From the NCBI GenBank assembly GCA_951406725.2, contig OX597819.1:82336001-82400000 (forward strand): 64,000 nt of DNA, in the 5' to 3' direction. This DNA comes from Octopus vulgaris. Its lineage: Eukaryota. A program made the position numbers and the translations under genes. The notes beneath the pieces were generated by a model that searched no databases, was not told the DNA's origin, and saw only the letters and a list, made by a program, of their open reading frames with translations. Positions within the stretch are counted from its first letter, which is position 1, and each line of letters begins with the position of its first letter. Positions 51,291-64,000 of this stretch are shown here, in pieces.

Positions 51291-52785
51291 GATATTTATT
51301 CTTATTTATATATAATAAATAATAATGAAATTATTGTATACAGTGCTTGGGTGCACCACAACTTGTCAAAAGTGCATATAAAGCATATGCAGTAATGTAC
51401 ACATGTCTGGAAAGTGAACAGTGTATGAGTCAGATACATGCTTGCATGTGTATGGAGAGAAAATCAGGTGTAGTGTTGGTGAATCTCAGGAAGTATGGAA
51501 GTTTTGAAAGATGCAGTGCTCTGACAACTAACAACTGATGCTGGCAGTTAGTTCCATACTTCAGCAACTCTTAGCGGGAAAAGATGTTTCTGAAAGTCAT
51601 TGGAGCTGTGCTGTTTTCTGACTTTTTAAACATGTCCACGGGTGTTAGACACGGGTATTTACACTGAAATACCTTGGTAAAATCCTAATATTTTGCACAA
51701 TAGTTAATACTTAACTCTCCTAAATACATCTTTTCTATGGGTAGAATTAACTGCTGAATCTTTTTGAAATTCCTTTAATCAACATAGGCAATGTTTTAAT
51801 AACTCCAATTGATAATCAGCTACACCTTTAATCTGTACACATATGGTTTTAAAAATGTAATAGGCATATAACACATACAAAACTCTGTCATGCAGCAAGC
51901 CATACCAATATCAAAGATATTGCCAAGTTTGTAGATATTTCAAATTTATACCTTTTGGTTGGCATTAGATATATAGTACACTGACTGAAACATTATATAC
52001 CTATCAATGAAATTGATAGGTAATCCATTTTACATTTAGTTCCATACTCCTTATTTTTAATAGCACTTGCGACATCACATGAAACTAGATTTACTTGTAC
52101 TTAATAGCTTAATATGTATTTCATCTCTTTTACATGCCATGGAAAAAAGGAATAAATGTCAATATGTGATTGCTGAGGGTTAATGCAACAGTACATATAT
52201 ATATATATAAATTTTTAACTTATACCTGTATAGCAATTTAGATGTTTGCAAATCTGTGATGACAAAAAAAAGAAAAGCTGTTTTGAAATATTTTATCTAT
52301 TTCTGAGAATAAATATCTGCTTATTCATATTGGATACAGGAACGTGTAAATGAGTCTGTACAAATATATAGTTAATTTACCTTCTCATCTAATTGTCAAT
52401 TTTGTCTAATGCAAAAGCTGTTGTGGAATGCATTATTTATACATTATAAGCAAGTCTTTTTCTTTATGAGGAAATATTGTGTAATAAAAGTCTGTGGAAG
52501 CATATAGGTGATTTAACTTCCTACCCATGTCATTAGTTATGAGCCTGTTTTGGTCAAAACTGTCTGGATATAGCCTCAAAAATTTATGCGAGTTTTAACA
52601 CTGTACAGATTTAATTATTTGAGAACTTGTTTAAAGTATAAGTAATGATAAACTACACAAACATGACAGAAGTAAACAGACCCACTTATAATCATTAGAG
52701 TTTATTTAAATCTGAAATAATACATTCAAATTATCTATTGATTATTATAATCTGAATATCTAATAAACAGAGAGAATAAAAAACT

Positions 52786-52869
<84 letters not shown>

Positions 52870-52962
52870 ATGTATATAAATACATGTGTGTATGTATATA
52901 AATATATGTGTATGTATATATATATATATATATAAATAAATATGTGTATGTATATAAATATG

Positions 52963-53004
<42 letters not shown>

Positions 53005-53509
53005 TATCATCATGATTTAATGTCTGCTTTCCATGCTTGCATGGGTTGGACAGTTTGACAGGGGCCAACAAGCCAGGGGCTACGTCTGGCACCCATCTGG
53101 TTTGGCATGATTCTAAGAGTAGTTTCTAAGCTGAAGTGAAGACAGTATGATCTTAGTCTATCTCCTTACCTTCTTGGAGGTTTTAGGTAAAATTATACTA
53201 ATCTGTCCATCTGTTTTGATTTAATTTAATTCTATGTATTTATGCAGCTGAGGATTGCTCTGTATTTAAATTGATGTAATGGTTGCGTTGTTCAATTAAA
53301 TGGAGTCGCATGAAATGATCATACTGTATTACCTCTGGATATCTTGTTGCTTATTTTGATGTTAATCACCTTACTTTGAAATTGTTTGGATAATACCATA
53401 CTAAATTCTGGTGCTTCAACTTAAGTACCTAATTCATCTGAATCTAAATTTTTGCTATGTATATATATATGTGTGTGTGTGTGTGAGTGTGTGTGTGTGT
53501 GTGCGTGTA

Positions 53510-54259
53510 TTGATCCATGGCTTAACTACTGTATTCAGAACATCTATGTAGGCAGCAGAGTTTACTCAAAGACTTTGTGGTAAGAAGTGAGGAGGCATCA
53601 CATGTTTTTTATTGCTGACAACCCCCAAAACAGTTGCAGGAAATTTTGCATGCATTACTTTTGGGTCTGTACATAGCCATCTATCATTTCTTCTGTTTAA
53701 GTTCTGATCTTGATCAAAGATTTGTCTGAGAAGAACCAAGTGACATTGATGTCTGCCGAGATTTTCAGTTTGTTCAGGAGTCTTTTAGATTTGTTTCTGA
53801 CATGAAATGACCTTTTCTCATTGCATATAATTTGTATCTGATGTTTTTGTGGACATTTCAGATTGTTCCCTCTGACAAAATGGTGTTCTTTTACAATCAA
53901 CCTCATGGGTCATCTGGGATTGTCATCAATGGTCTGCTTTACTTTTTGAATAAATTCTGGTGTTCTAATAATTTCAGTGCATCTACAATGTTTCTTACAT
54001 TTTGATACTGGCAACACATTTCCGTCTTTAGCCTCTAAATCCTGCGAATTTTGTAGATGAAGGATTTCGCAACTTTTAAAAATTATGCTACTTCTGAATT
54101 GCCATGTTCAGCCTTTATAACCATTGATGACTGCATGCCTCTTCATTTCTTGTGTAATCATAGGGTCTACCATTAATAATTCTGAAATGCAGAAAATACT
54201 AAGTTGATAAATATACTGGCATAGTAAAATTAACATGTCCTCAAATACCTTACGCACCT

Positions 54260-54261
<2 letters not shown>
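53510..54261 (-). pseudogene. Tc1/mariner (maT/DD37D-like) 5' half
   Basis: End caaggtgcgtaaggtatttgagg; MITQEMKRHAV, RTPEFIQKVKQTIDDNPR, WFFSDK, HAKFPATV. Confidence 0.7.
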
Positions 54262-54302
<41 letters not shown>

Positions 54303-54441
54303 TTACATAAATATATATATATATATATATATCTCAGTAATAACAAAAGGTGAAATTAATTAATTACGAAGTAATCATTAATTTCACCAAGTAGAATTCA
54401 GCATGTAAAGGACCAATTCATGGTAAGTTAAGTAATACTAA

Positions 54442-54711
54442 ATAATTAGGGATCAGCAAACGATTTGTGTCACCACATACTGAAGTTTAGAAATAGCAGT
54501 CAAATTCTTGGCTATTCTTTCTACTTTAATCATTCTATAATAACTTATTATAGAATGATTTTCATCTTTTTTTCCCTTCTACCTGCGTGGTTTGCTTTTG
54601 AGTGCTTCGGTTTCTCTGGGATCTCCCTTTAAAGTAGAAAGAATAGCCAAGAATTTGACTGCTATTTCTAAACTTCAGTATGTGGTGACGCAAATCGTTT
54701 GCTGATCCCTA

Positions 54712-54716
<5 letters not shown>
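54442..54716. repeat. 88-bp inverted repeat with nested 16-bp-arm palindrome
   Basis: 54442-54529 versus 54629-54716 (one mismatch seen); aatcattctataataa-c-ttattatagaatgatt at 54528-54560. Confidence 0.9.
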
Positions 54717-54752
<36 letters not shown>

Positions 54753-54758
54753 CAGACA

Positions 54759-55108
54759 TCTATATACATAAATGTGTAATGGTGTCTGTCTGTTTGTGTG
54801 TTTGGGGTTACTCTGATTCCTCCCACAGCATCCAACAGAATTTAATGATTTTTGGCACAGGTTTATCACATGCCCTGAAGTTCAAATAAGGCCAGAATTT
54901 TTCGAAAACTCGATAATGCTCAGTTGGCATTTGAATGGAAATTTCCATAATGATGTTATTTTTCCTGCAGTTTTTGCTTTTTTTCACCTGTAAAATTTCA
55001 ACAAAATCGATAGAATAGTCTCTAAGGAAATGCTTATTCAATACAAGGTCAGAGGTGAGCTTAACTTCAACACAGAAAACATGAGCAATGTCGGGTCCAA
55101 CAGCTAGT
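54759..55108 (+). mobile_element. Non-autonomous Helitron (second family)
   Basis: a|TCTATATACATAAA, tgtctgtctgtttgtgtg, and 3' catgagcaatgtcgggtccaacagCTAG|t. Confidence 0.75.
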
Positions 55109-56067
55109 ATATATATATATTTATTAATACAGACATACATATATATATTAATATATATACATACATACATATATACACACACACATATATATATACATAC
55201 ATATATAACATATACATATATATATGCATACACACATATACACATATGTATATCTATCTGTATATGTGTTATATATTACATACATACACACACTTTTCAT
55301 TGAATCTTCAATTTCAGTTCTACATTTAAATAAACTGTATCTCTAATTACATTTTTCTATGATTCCTTCCTTCAGTTTCATTCTTTTGTTTTCAGTTCAA
55401 TTCAAGCTTTTTTTATGTATTTACACTTGGTTATTAAGTTATTTTGACTATTTGCATTTTTGTCATTAATTTTTGAATATATAATATATAGGCATTCACA
55501 TTGAAATGTTCACTTCCGTTACTCTGTCTAACAGCTATGCTGTTATGTTATCAATTTTTTTCACTTCTAGTTCTTCTCTTATTTACCTTCCTGTTTGTGT
55601 TAGTTTAATTTGCAAACATAATAAATACACTTCAACATTGAGATTGCTCTTAAAACATCAGAGAAGATATGTTTGCTGTGCCCTGTTGAGTAAATTTATA
55701 AAATTTGTATAGAATTTAAATCAATGTTTATATTGTAAGTAATTGTGTCAGAATAAATATAAAATAAGGAACATGAAATCTCCTTAGAATATTGTAAAAT
55801 TACTTTTGGTAAATACAAATTAGAAATATATGAAGGGTTAATATCCTCTGTTATAAAATTAAATTCTAAGACATAAATCATGTTTGACCTTGCATTAATT
55901 TTCTTTCATATTTTGTTCCATTTGAAATGGATTCATTCTTCTAATTATCATTAACAACACAAAAAGTTTATCACCACAACAACTGGAAGTGTATGATTAT
56001 GAAAGGTTTATAAATGAAAGTATAAAGCGGATTATAAATGCAAAATGTAAGCAATTTTCTTAAGCAA

Positions 56068-56660
56068 TATTAGTTCTGTGCATAAGAAAGCAAGCTGGCA
56101 GACTCATTAGCATGCAGGGCAAAATATCTAAAGGTATTTTGTCCATCTTTATATTCTGAGTTCAAATACTGCCAGGGTCAACTTTGCCTTTCATCCTTTT
56201 GGAGTCAATAAATTAAGTACCAGTTCAGCACTGGGGTTGATCTAATTGACTTAGCCAGCCCCTCCCCGAAATTTCTGGCATTGTGCCAAAAGTTGAAACT
56301 AGTATTGGTTCTGTGTGCAAGGTGGCAATATGGCAGAATCGTTAGCATACCAGGTGTAATGCATAGCAACATTTTGTCTATATTTATTTTCTGAGTTCAA
56401 ATTCCACCAAGGTCAACTTTGCCTTTCAACTTTCAGGATTAATAAAATAAGCACAAGTTGAAGACAGGGATTGATGTAATCAATCTTCCCCCTGTCCTTG
56501 AAATTGCTGGCCTTGTGCCAAAATTTGTAACCAGTATTAGTTCTGTGTGTAAGGTGGCAAGCTAGCAGAATTGTTAGCATACCAGGCAAAATGCTTAATG
56601 ACATTTTGTCTATATTTACATTCTGAGTTCAAATTCTTCCAACATCAATTTTGCCTTAAG
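56068..56660 (+). mobile_element. Head-to-tail trimer of SINE family B
   Basis: Three units (~235 bp, third truncated), each preceded by tatt(a/g)gttctgtg and containing ttctgagttcaaat. Confidence 0.8.
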
Positions 56661-57424
56661 TTTACAAAATAGAAATTGACTATGAAAATACATCTATATA
56701 GTTCACAAATGGGGTTTGATTAAGTAAATTACTGAATACTAGCAATCAATATTAAATGGAAAAAATATGTAACGCAAGGAAAATTATTTGATATTTAGAA
56801 CATAGTCTTTATCTTATACTCTTGCTGATATGCAGCAGCACCAATCTTCTCAAATTCTAGTCATTTTACTTAATTCAAATCATCTCATTTTTTAAAATTT
56901 CATTTTTGTATTGATCCGTTTTGATATGTCTTAATAATTGTTATTTTTAGAGTATCTTAGAATCTTACAAATAAACTATATTATCAATTTTAAACTTCAT
57001 TTCATTTTACAAAATTAATTATTATGATGGATATTTGTGTTCAGATCATTTTGCAATGTTATGCTTAATTAATATTACTCCAAATTAAATATCTTTTTGT
57101 TAATAATCAGAAACTTTTAGAGGTCTGTGTTAGTTATTATACTAATGGCTTAAATTTAATCTGTTTGAAAGTATATTTGCTTTCATCTCAGAAGTTTTCT
57201 ATAACAACTTGGTTATAAAATAATGCTTAAAATTCTTATTCAAAATTAATTCCTAAGTTATCTAAAAAATAATGTATTTTAAAATTAATAATATCCAAAT
57301 TCTATTACAATTTTAAAACTTCTGGAAACTAATATTTTAAAGTTATTGGAAACTTCTAGGTTATCAAGAAAATTATTACTTTAAGAAGTAATTATTACTA
57401 ACCACTTATAGTAAAATATTTTAA

Positions 57425-57639
57425 CCCTTTAGCATTTAAACTGACCACATCCAGCCCAAATATTCTACCTGTTTTATGTTCAAACTGGCAAGATCCAATT
57501 TTTCATATCTACCATGCCATGTCATTCTAAAAATAAACAATCACATCTTCGAAATCTCAAAGCTACAAGATAGTAAAGGATTAATTTTCAAAAAATATGA
57601 ATAAATAAGCATCACCTTTGACAAAGTAATCTGAAAGGG
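57425..57639 (+). mobile_element. TTAA-flanked MITE (piggyBac-like)
   Basis: TTAA|CCCTTTAGC...AAAGGG|TTAA. Confidence 0.8.
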
Positions 57640-58117
57640 TTAAAGTTATTTAAATATAGCATTAGAAAGTCTCAGTTTTGATTCAAGATTGAACTCTTCT
57701 TTCTAACAAGGCTGGAGGATGTCAAATTCTATGTACAAATAACCGTTTTTCTTTTTTTCTAATTTTTGAAATTTTTAAATAAATAATAGAACAGATTAAA
57801 GTTGGTTAATAAGTGAATAAGAAAACCCCATTAGGTAGATGGTATATCAGATACCAGAAATGTAGTGCCTCAAACTTTGGTGGAAGATGTTTATCTAAGG
57901 TACGGAAGAGCCTGATTGAACATAAAACCATATAGTTGTGAAGTGGGCTTCTTAACTACTCAAACGTTATAAATGACTTCCTATATTGATAAATCACCAC
58001 ATATTTGATTGGAAGAGAATAGTTGCTTTATTCACTCATTTCCACTTACATTCAATTAGTAATTGCTTTGTAGAACATGGAGGGACAAAATGCAAAGGTG
58101 ACATCAGTTATATTTAA

Positions 58118-58318
58118 CCCTTTAAAATTTAATGCTTATTTATTCACCTTGTTTTGAATTAATCATGCTTTATCTTATAACTTTGAAATTTCAATGATGT
58201 AATTGTTTAGCTTTAGAATAACATTGTGGGGTATGTGTTAGAAATTGGATCTGATCAGGCTGAACTTAAGATAAGTAGAATATTGTGGCTGGATATGACT
58301 GGTTTAAATGCTAAATGG
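58118..58318 (-). mobile_element. TTAA MITE, same family, inverted
   Basis: ttaa|ccctttaaa...gtagaatattgtggctggatatgactggtttaaatgctaaatgg. Confidence 0.7.
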
Positions 58319-59382
58319 TAAGACTCAGAGCAACAGAGGTATGACTAAATACATCAAAGCAACTCATACGGTAATCTACTGATTCTGCCATCCAACAATG
58401 ATAATTGTTTGCATCATAGAGACAAAGTCACAAATTTTGGTAGTAACTGACAATCAAACAATGTCAGTTAGTACTGACAATTCTGTGATAAGAACTCAAA
58501 ACTTAAATAGAACAGCTTCATCCTGTAAGCCATTTTGTGTAACGCTCTACTGATTCTGTCAATCCATGATTTTAAAGGAAAATAATGAAATAAGTTGTGC
58601 CTCTAGCAAAAGGTTCATAACTCTCTTTCTCTTGTTGAAAATAGATACCATTCCCACTTCACTACTGAATGGTTGAAGTAAGGCTATGTATCCTGCTGGA
58701 AAATCATATACTTCAACAAATCATATCCAGATTTGTGTAAAGAAGAAAAAAGAGAGAAAAAAAAATGATGCACACATAACATAGTTCACATAGCAAAATG
58801 GAAGGATAAAATTTGCTTGAAGGAATTCTAAATTTGTTAAATGATTTTAATTTTAAAGTGCATCATTTTCAAGAAGACTGTCATCCTAATTTGAAATATT
58901 TTTGTTAAGTATATACTGTTTGTTTAACATTTTTGTTTGTGTTTTCTGAAATAATTTGTTCTTTGATAGAAACCATAACATTTCTTAGAACTTTCTTGAA
59001 TATATTAATTTATTGTATTTTTTAATTGGAAGTCACTTCAAAAACAGCTGTAAAATAATTTCAGTTTTCAAAGAATCTTTTAGCTAAAAAATTGCAACTT
59101 TTCAACTTAACTGTGTAATTTGTTGATATATCTTTTGTTTTCAATATTATTTGATAAACAATTGTCAAATGTAATAATACAGACACAACTTCTTCAATAT
59201 TTCAAAAAACATAATTTTGAGTGAAAATGGAATATTTATACTTAGAAGAATTTTAAGAGGCATGAATAATGGTTAAGGTTTATTGTTCAATCGTGTGTCA
59301 TATAGTCTAAGTATAATTATTTTACCATTTCTAGTATGTTTCTGTCTTCTCCAAATAAATTTTGAGTGAAATTTTACTATAA

Positions 59383-59599
59383 CCCTTTAGCATTTAGATT
59401 ACTCTGTCAAATGTAGGCCTTTTTTTCACATTGGTTTGAATTAATCATGTATTATCTTGTAACATTGAGATTTCAAAAATGTGATTGTTTATTTTAGCAT
59501 CATATTGTATAGTAGGTGTGAGAAACCTGATCTTGCTGGTTTGAACACAAAACAGGTAGAAAATTTGGGCCATATATGACCTGTTTAAATGCTAAAGGG
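59383..59599 (-). mobile_element. TTAA MITE, same family
   Basis: ccctttagcatttagattac...aaacaggtagaaaatttgggcc...tttaaatgctaaaggg. Confidence 0.75.
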
Positions 59600-60024
59600 T
59601 CAGCAGTTCAGAAATTCTCTATAAGTTGAGGGCAGATCTTATATATATATTTGTTGGACAGAATGGTAGTCAATTTTTTAGTTAACTGCAATTGACAATT
59701 TTCATCAGAAGTGATATCAAATTAGTAGAATGGAATTTGCCATGACTGGCTTTAGATTCATGCATTTTATTCACTTGTTTGCTAACATTTGGTGAGATCT
59801 AATTAATTATAATCTTGGTGAATGCTTGTAATTAAATGAGAACATAATAATAATAATAATAATAATAATATTTCTTAATAGTGAATACTTATGATTGAAA
59901 AATATATTAATGTTGGGTTCAGGAGAATATGATGGAATTTAAGTTTTGTTAAGCCAGAAGAATTTTTTAAAAATTGCAAAACTGCACAAAGTATTGCTAC
60001 TTTCAGACTATGCAAGATAAATCT

Positions 60025-60410
60025 TTATCTTTTACTTGTTTAAGTCATTGGAGTAGGGCCATGTTGGGGCACTGCTGTGCAAGGTTTAGTCAAACAGATC
60101 GACCCCAGTACTTACTTTTATAAGCCTGGTACTTATTCTATAGGTTTCTTTTGCCAAACTACTAAGTTATAGAGACATAACTGAACCAACAGTGATTGTC
60201 AAGTGGTGAGGTGGGGATAAACACAACACAAATACACACACACACACAAACACACAATAGGTTTCCACCAAGTTCCCATCTATCAAATTCATTTACATGC
60301 CATTGATCAATCTGGGACTATAGTAGACAACACTTACCCAAGGTGCTCTGCAATAGAGCTGAACCCCAAACCACATGGTTTCAAAGTGAGCTTCTTAACT
60401 ACACAACCTT
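60025..60410 (-). mobile_element. SINE family A, near full length, CpG-decayed
   Basis: Reverse complement of family-A tail, body and tRNA-like head. Confidence 0.7.
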
Positions 60411-61269
60411 ATTTGCGCTATTTTCATAATATCTTTACATTTTGCTGAGATCAACTATACTCCTCATCTTGCATAGAGTGATAAAATGAATGACCATAAT
60501 CATATTCAGGAAAATGTTTATGACAGGAATGACCCAGATTTTATGCATTATCTAACAAAGTTAAAATTAACTTTGATCAAACTATGTGTGAACTTCATTT
60601 GTGTTTCACTGTGAAAATGAAGATTAAAATAAAAATAAAATAAATGAATACTCAATGTCTTTCAGAAATATTTTTTATATCTATTCTTTAAGTACCATGA
60701 TATAACATATTTTATGTGGGGAAAAGCTTAATATTACAAGTAACAAGCCTATGCTTTTAAGTACCATTTTGGCTGTTTCTTAGTTTTTCACATTTATTAA
60801 CTGGTCTGTGGAACATGAAAATATTTTATTTCTAATTAATAGCTTTGTGTTCATTCTCGTGTATTTATGTGTCTTGTGATTTAAACCAGTTCAGTGCTGC
60901 AATTTTACAAGCAAATGCAGAAATTATTATTGAATCTTATCTTGATACAGGAAACAGTTTGCTTTAATTGAAAAATTACTTCAAAATTCTTTCTGCAATT
61001 TAAGAATAAAATAATTCAATAAAAAAAGGCAAGTGAACATAAACAAAAACCATGCAATTATATCATTCTAAAGTATATTTATGGCAATTTGTCTTATTGA
61101 TAAAGTATAATTTAGTCAACAAGAAATAATTTTGGAAACACTATGCATTTGTTAAGCATTAAAGGAAATATGCATTTTTGTATCATTTAAGCAATTTTTC
61201 ATTTATGATTATGGATTTAAAACATGACATGGTGTATGTGGTAATATTATATATATATATATATATATC

Positions 61270-61745
61270 ACAGTATCAATCAGACCAATAGATGCTGTCA
61301 TATGCTGCTGGTTACAAGGTGCTTCCAATTCTGTCTCTATTGTACTATTCTTTCCCATCGTCATGGAGACCTTCCAGATGGCCTTTTTCAATGTCATGAA
61401 TACCACTCAGCTGTTCCACATGTCTGTCTGTTGTCTGTGAACTTTGTCACATATCTTGCCCAATGGATCTTGTGTTTTCAGAACTCTGCAATTACATCGT
61501 TCACACCACTTTGTTCTCAAATTATCTCATTTTGAATGCTCCCTCTTCATGATATTCCTAGCATGGTGCTTTGTGTTCTAGCCAGTCAATGTTCTATCCT
61601 TTTCTTAGTAACCCACATCTCACTAGTGTATAAGAGTGCAGGTAGGACAGTGCTGTTAAATAGTCTGGCACATATGACATTGTCAGCTTTGTTAGGAGTT
61701 CACCCTTTATTGAGTTAAATGCCTTCCATTCTGCCCTGGTTTTCT
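61270..61745 (-). mobile_element. RTE LINE 3' fragment
   Basis: Minus frame LFNSTVLPALLYTSEMW. Confidence 0.75.
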
Positions 61746-62229
61746 TTGAGAATATATATATATATATATGTGTGTGTGTTGTTGCTATTATGCAAAAGCG
61801 TCATAAGTTCAAAATGCTGCTTTTTCAGAAAATGAAACAAATGGTTTCACCATTCCATAGCAAAACCATTGTACTAAACTTTGATAATTATTGATATCTG
61901 AAGCAGCTGGAGATATGATAGTTTGACCAAAAGAATCAGCTATTGAAAGCAAATATGAATATTAAAAAAATGCATTTGCCCAAATTTGGACATACAACAG
62001 TTTAACATAATAGCAACGTTATATATATCATAATTCTTTTTGCTTCTCCTTTTTCATGCTTTCTTGGGTCTGATGAAATTTATTGGCCCAGATTTTTTTC
62101 CTTTGGATGCCCTTCCTGTTGCTAAACCTCATCTGTTTTCATGCAAGTTAATATTTCCTCATGGCTGATATGTTTACATAGAATGGTAGAAATGAAAGAA
62201 ATTACTTAAATGGTAGTGATACAAAGATG

Positions 62230-62800
62230 AACAGAACATGGATAGGATAAAAAAAAATTATGCAAAATATTTAGCCAACTAAATCTAAGAACTACAATTA
62301 ACACTGACCTTGAAGAGGTGAATTTCCTTGGTATTAACATGAACCTTAGTGCAGGCAATTTTAAATCCTGCCATAAACCAAATGTGGATGCTTCCTACAT
62401 CAACATAGGTTCCAACCTCCCACCCACTGTCAATCATAAAACAATTAATTAATAACATTAGTAGATACATTTCCAACCTATCCTCTGATTAAGTCACTTT
62501 CAACAAGGTTGCCCCATACTACAATGCCACATTAGAAAGGTCCAACTTTAAGAATAGCATAAATTACACTGAACCAAATGAAGATAGACCATGAAGATGC
62601 AGGTAGAGGAAAATTTTATGGTACAATCTCCCATATAATTTGAATGGAGCTACAAACATAGCTAGAAAATTCCTAAAACTAATAGATAACCACTTCTCAC
62701 ATTCACAAAATATCTTAAGATCTTCAATATAAATATGGTTAAAGTTAGCAATAGCTGCCTCCCAATATAGGATCGATTATATTCAACCACAATAAAAATA
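62230..62800 (+). pseudogene. Penelope-like RT C-terminal/linker fragment
   Basis: EVNFLGINMNL, HKPN..SYINIGSNLPP, KQLINNISRYISNLSSD, APYYNATL, WYNLPYN across frameshifts. Confidence 0.8.
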
Positions 62801-62849
62801 ACAATATTAGGAATATCCCCCAAAGAAAATATTGGACCAACTGGTCCAA

Positions 62850-64000
62850 AACGAATAAAACTTCTGGAATATGGACAAACATTTACACCAGGTCCCAAAC
62901 CAATCATGACAGATCTTATAAAAGATACTGAGGAATTTCCTAAAAAAATTTGTCTACAAAAATTCTTCCAAAACAAATATTATGGAAATCCATCACTTGT
63001 GACAGATTAAACAGGATTTAAAGCTCTGATAAACAGGAATAAACACTTAGAGGAATATATAATGTCTAAAAAGATCTGCAAACTCAAATATTCCAAGCCA
63101 GATAAAATCAAACATTACAAATGAAAAACAAAAATCACTGAGATGTCTACAAAAACACTCCTGAATGATCATTATAGAATCCAGCAAAGGAGAAGCCATT
63201 GTAATAATGGACAAGACTCATTGCTGGGAAATGGTCTTAGAACAATTAAATGACCAACATTTCAAAAAATTAGATACCAATGCAGATAAATGAACAATGA
63301 GTAAAACTGGTAAATTAATGAATTTTAAAATGACTCACCAAAAAAAGAAGTTGGATTACCTCACTAATTTTGAGGCAAAAACAAGTAAGTTCTATGTACT
63401 TCAAAAACTCCATAAATCTAAAGAAATCATTAACTGCTAAAAAAGCCTCTATACACCATATATAGATATCCCCAAATCCTCTAATCTAAAATTACATCCA
63501 ATTGCTGCAGAACCAGCATCCAGCACCCAATGATTAAGCAACTTGACATCATTTTGAAACTTTCATGCAAATTAATTCCTAGTTTCATCAGACTTCCTAA
63601 ACCATATTCCAGAATGAATAAAGAGACAATCCTTGTTACCTTTGACATAACCAGCCTCTACACAAATATCCATGGATCAGGATTTCAAGCAGTAGAATTC
63701 TGGAAAGACAAATATGCACAAAAATTCAGTAGAGATTCCCAAATGTATTTATACTTAAAGGATTACAGTTAGTTTTGGAAAACTTCTACTTCTTTGATGA
63801 CCAATATTATCTACAAAGATGCATAGTTATGGAAAATCTCAGGAACTATAATCTCCTACATTCAGCTAAATGATACCTCCCAATTCTACATCAATCATGA
63901 AATCTCTAACAAATAATTAAAAAAATCCTTAATCATCAACAGCGAAAGACAACCACTAAATTTCAAGAGACTTCTTACAAAGGCAAGATTCACATTGGAG
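62850..64000 (+). pseudogene. Penelope-like RT N-terminal fragment
   Basis: AIVIMDK, KFYVLQKLHK, HPIAAEP, ILVTFDITSLYTNI (ORF 63530-63772). Confidence 0.8.

Overview
AT-rich animal genomic DNA with very dense (TA)n/(CA)n microsatellites; the SINE repertoire suggests an octopod cephalopod (inference). Nearly all ORFs in the track are microsatellite artefacts or decayed transposon frames. The window is dominated by mobile-element relics: a Helitron helicase 3' half with a nested solo LTR, non-autonomous Helitrons, RTE-clade LINE fragments, Penelope-like (PLE) fragments, several Tc1/mariner relics, GGATC-ended MITEs with 8-bp TSDs, TTAA MITEs, several SINE families and a 5S rRNA copy. The main signals absent from the ORF track are: (i) four hammerhead-ribozyme-like motifs in two sub-families with palindromic stem III, one lying head-to-head with the 5S copy; (ii) a candidate first coding exon (32597-32744) encoding an N-terminal membrane anchor; (iii) an apparent drop in CpG content near 28-29 kb, consistent with a methylated gene body starting there; (iv) recurrent fold-back elements built from two copies of the same transposon end. 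All calls were made by eye; relic boundaries are approximate and no complete host gene could be identified.
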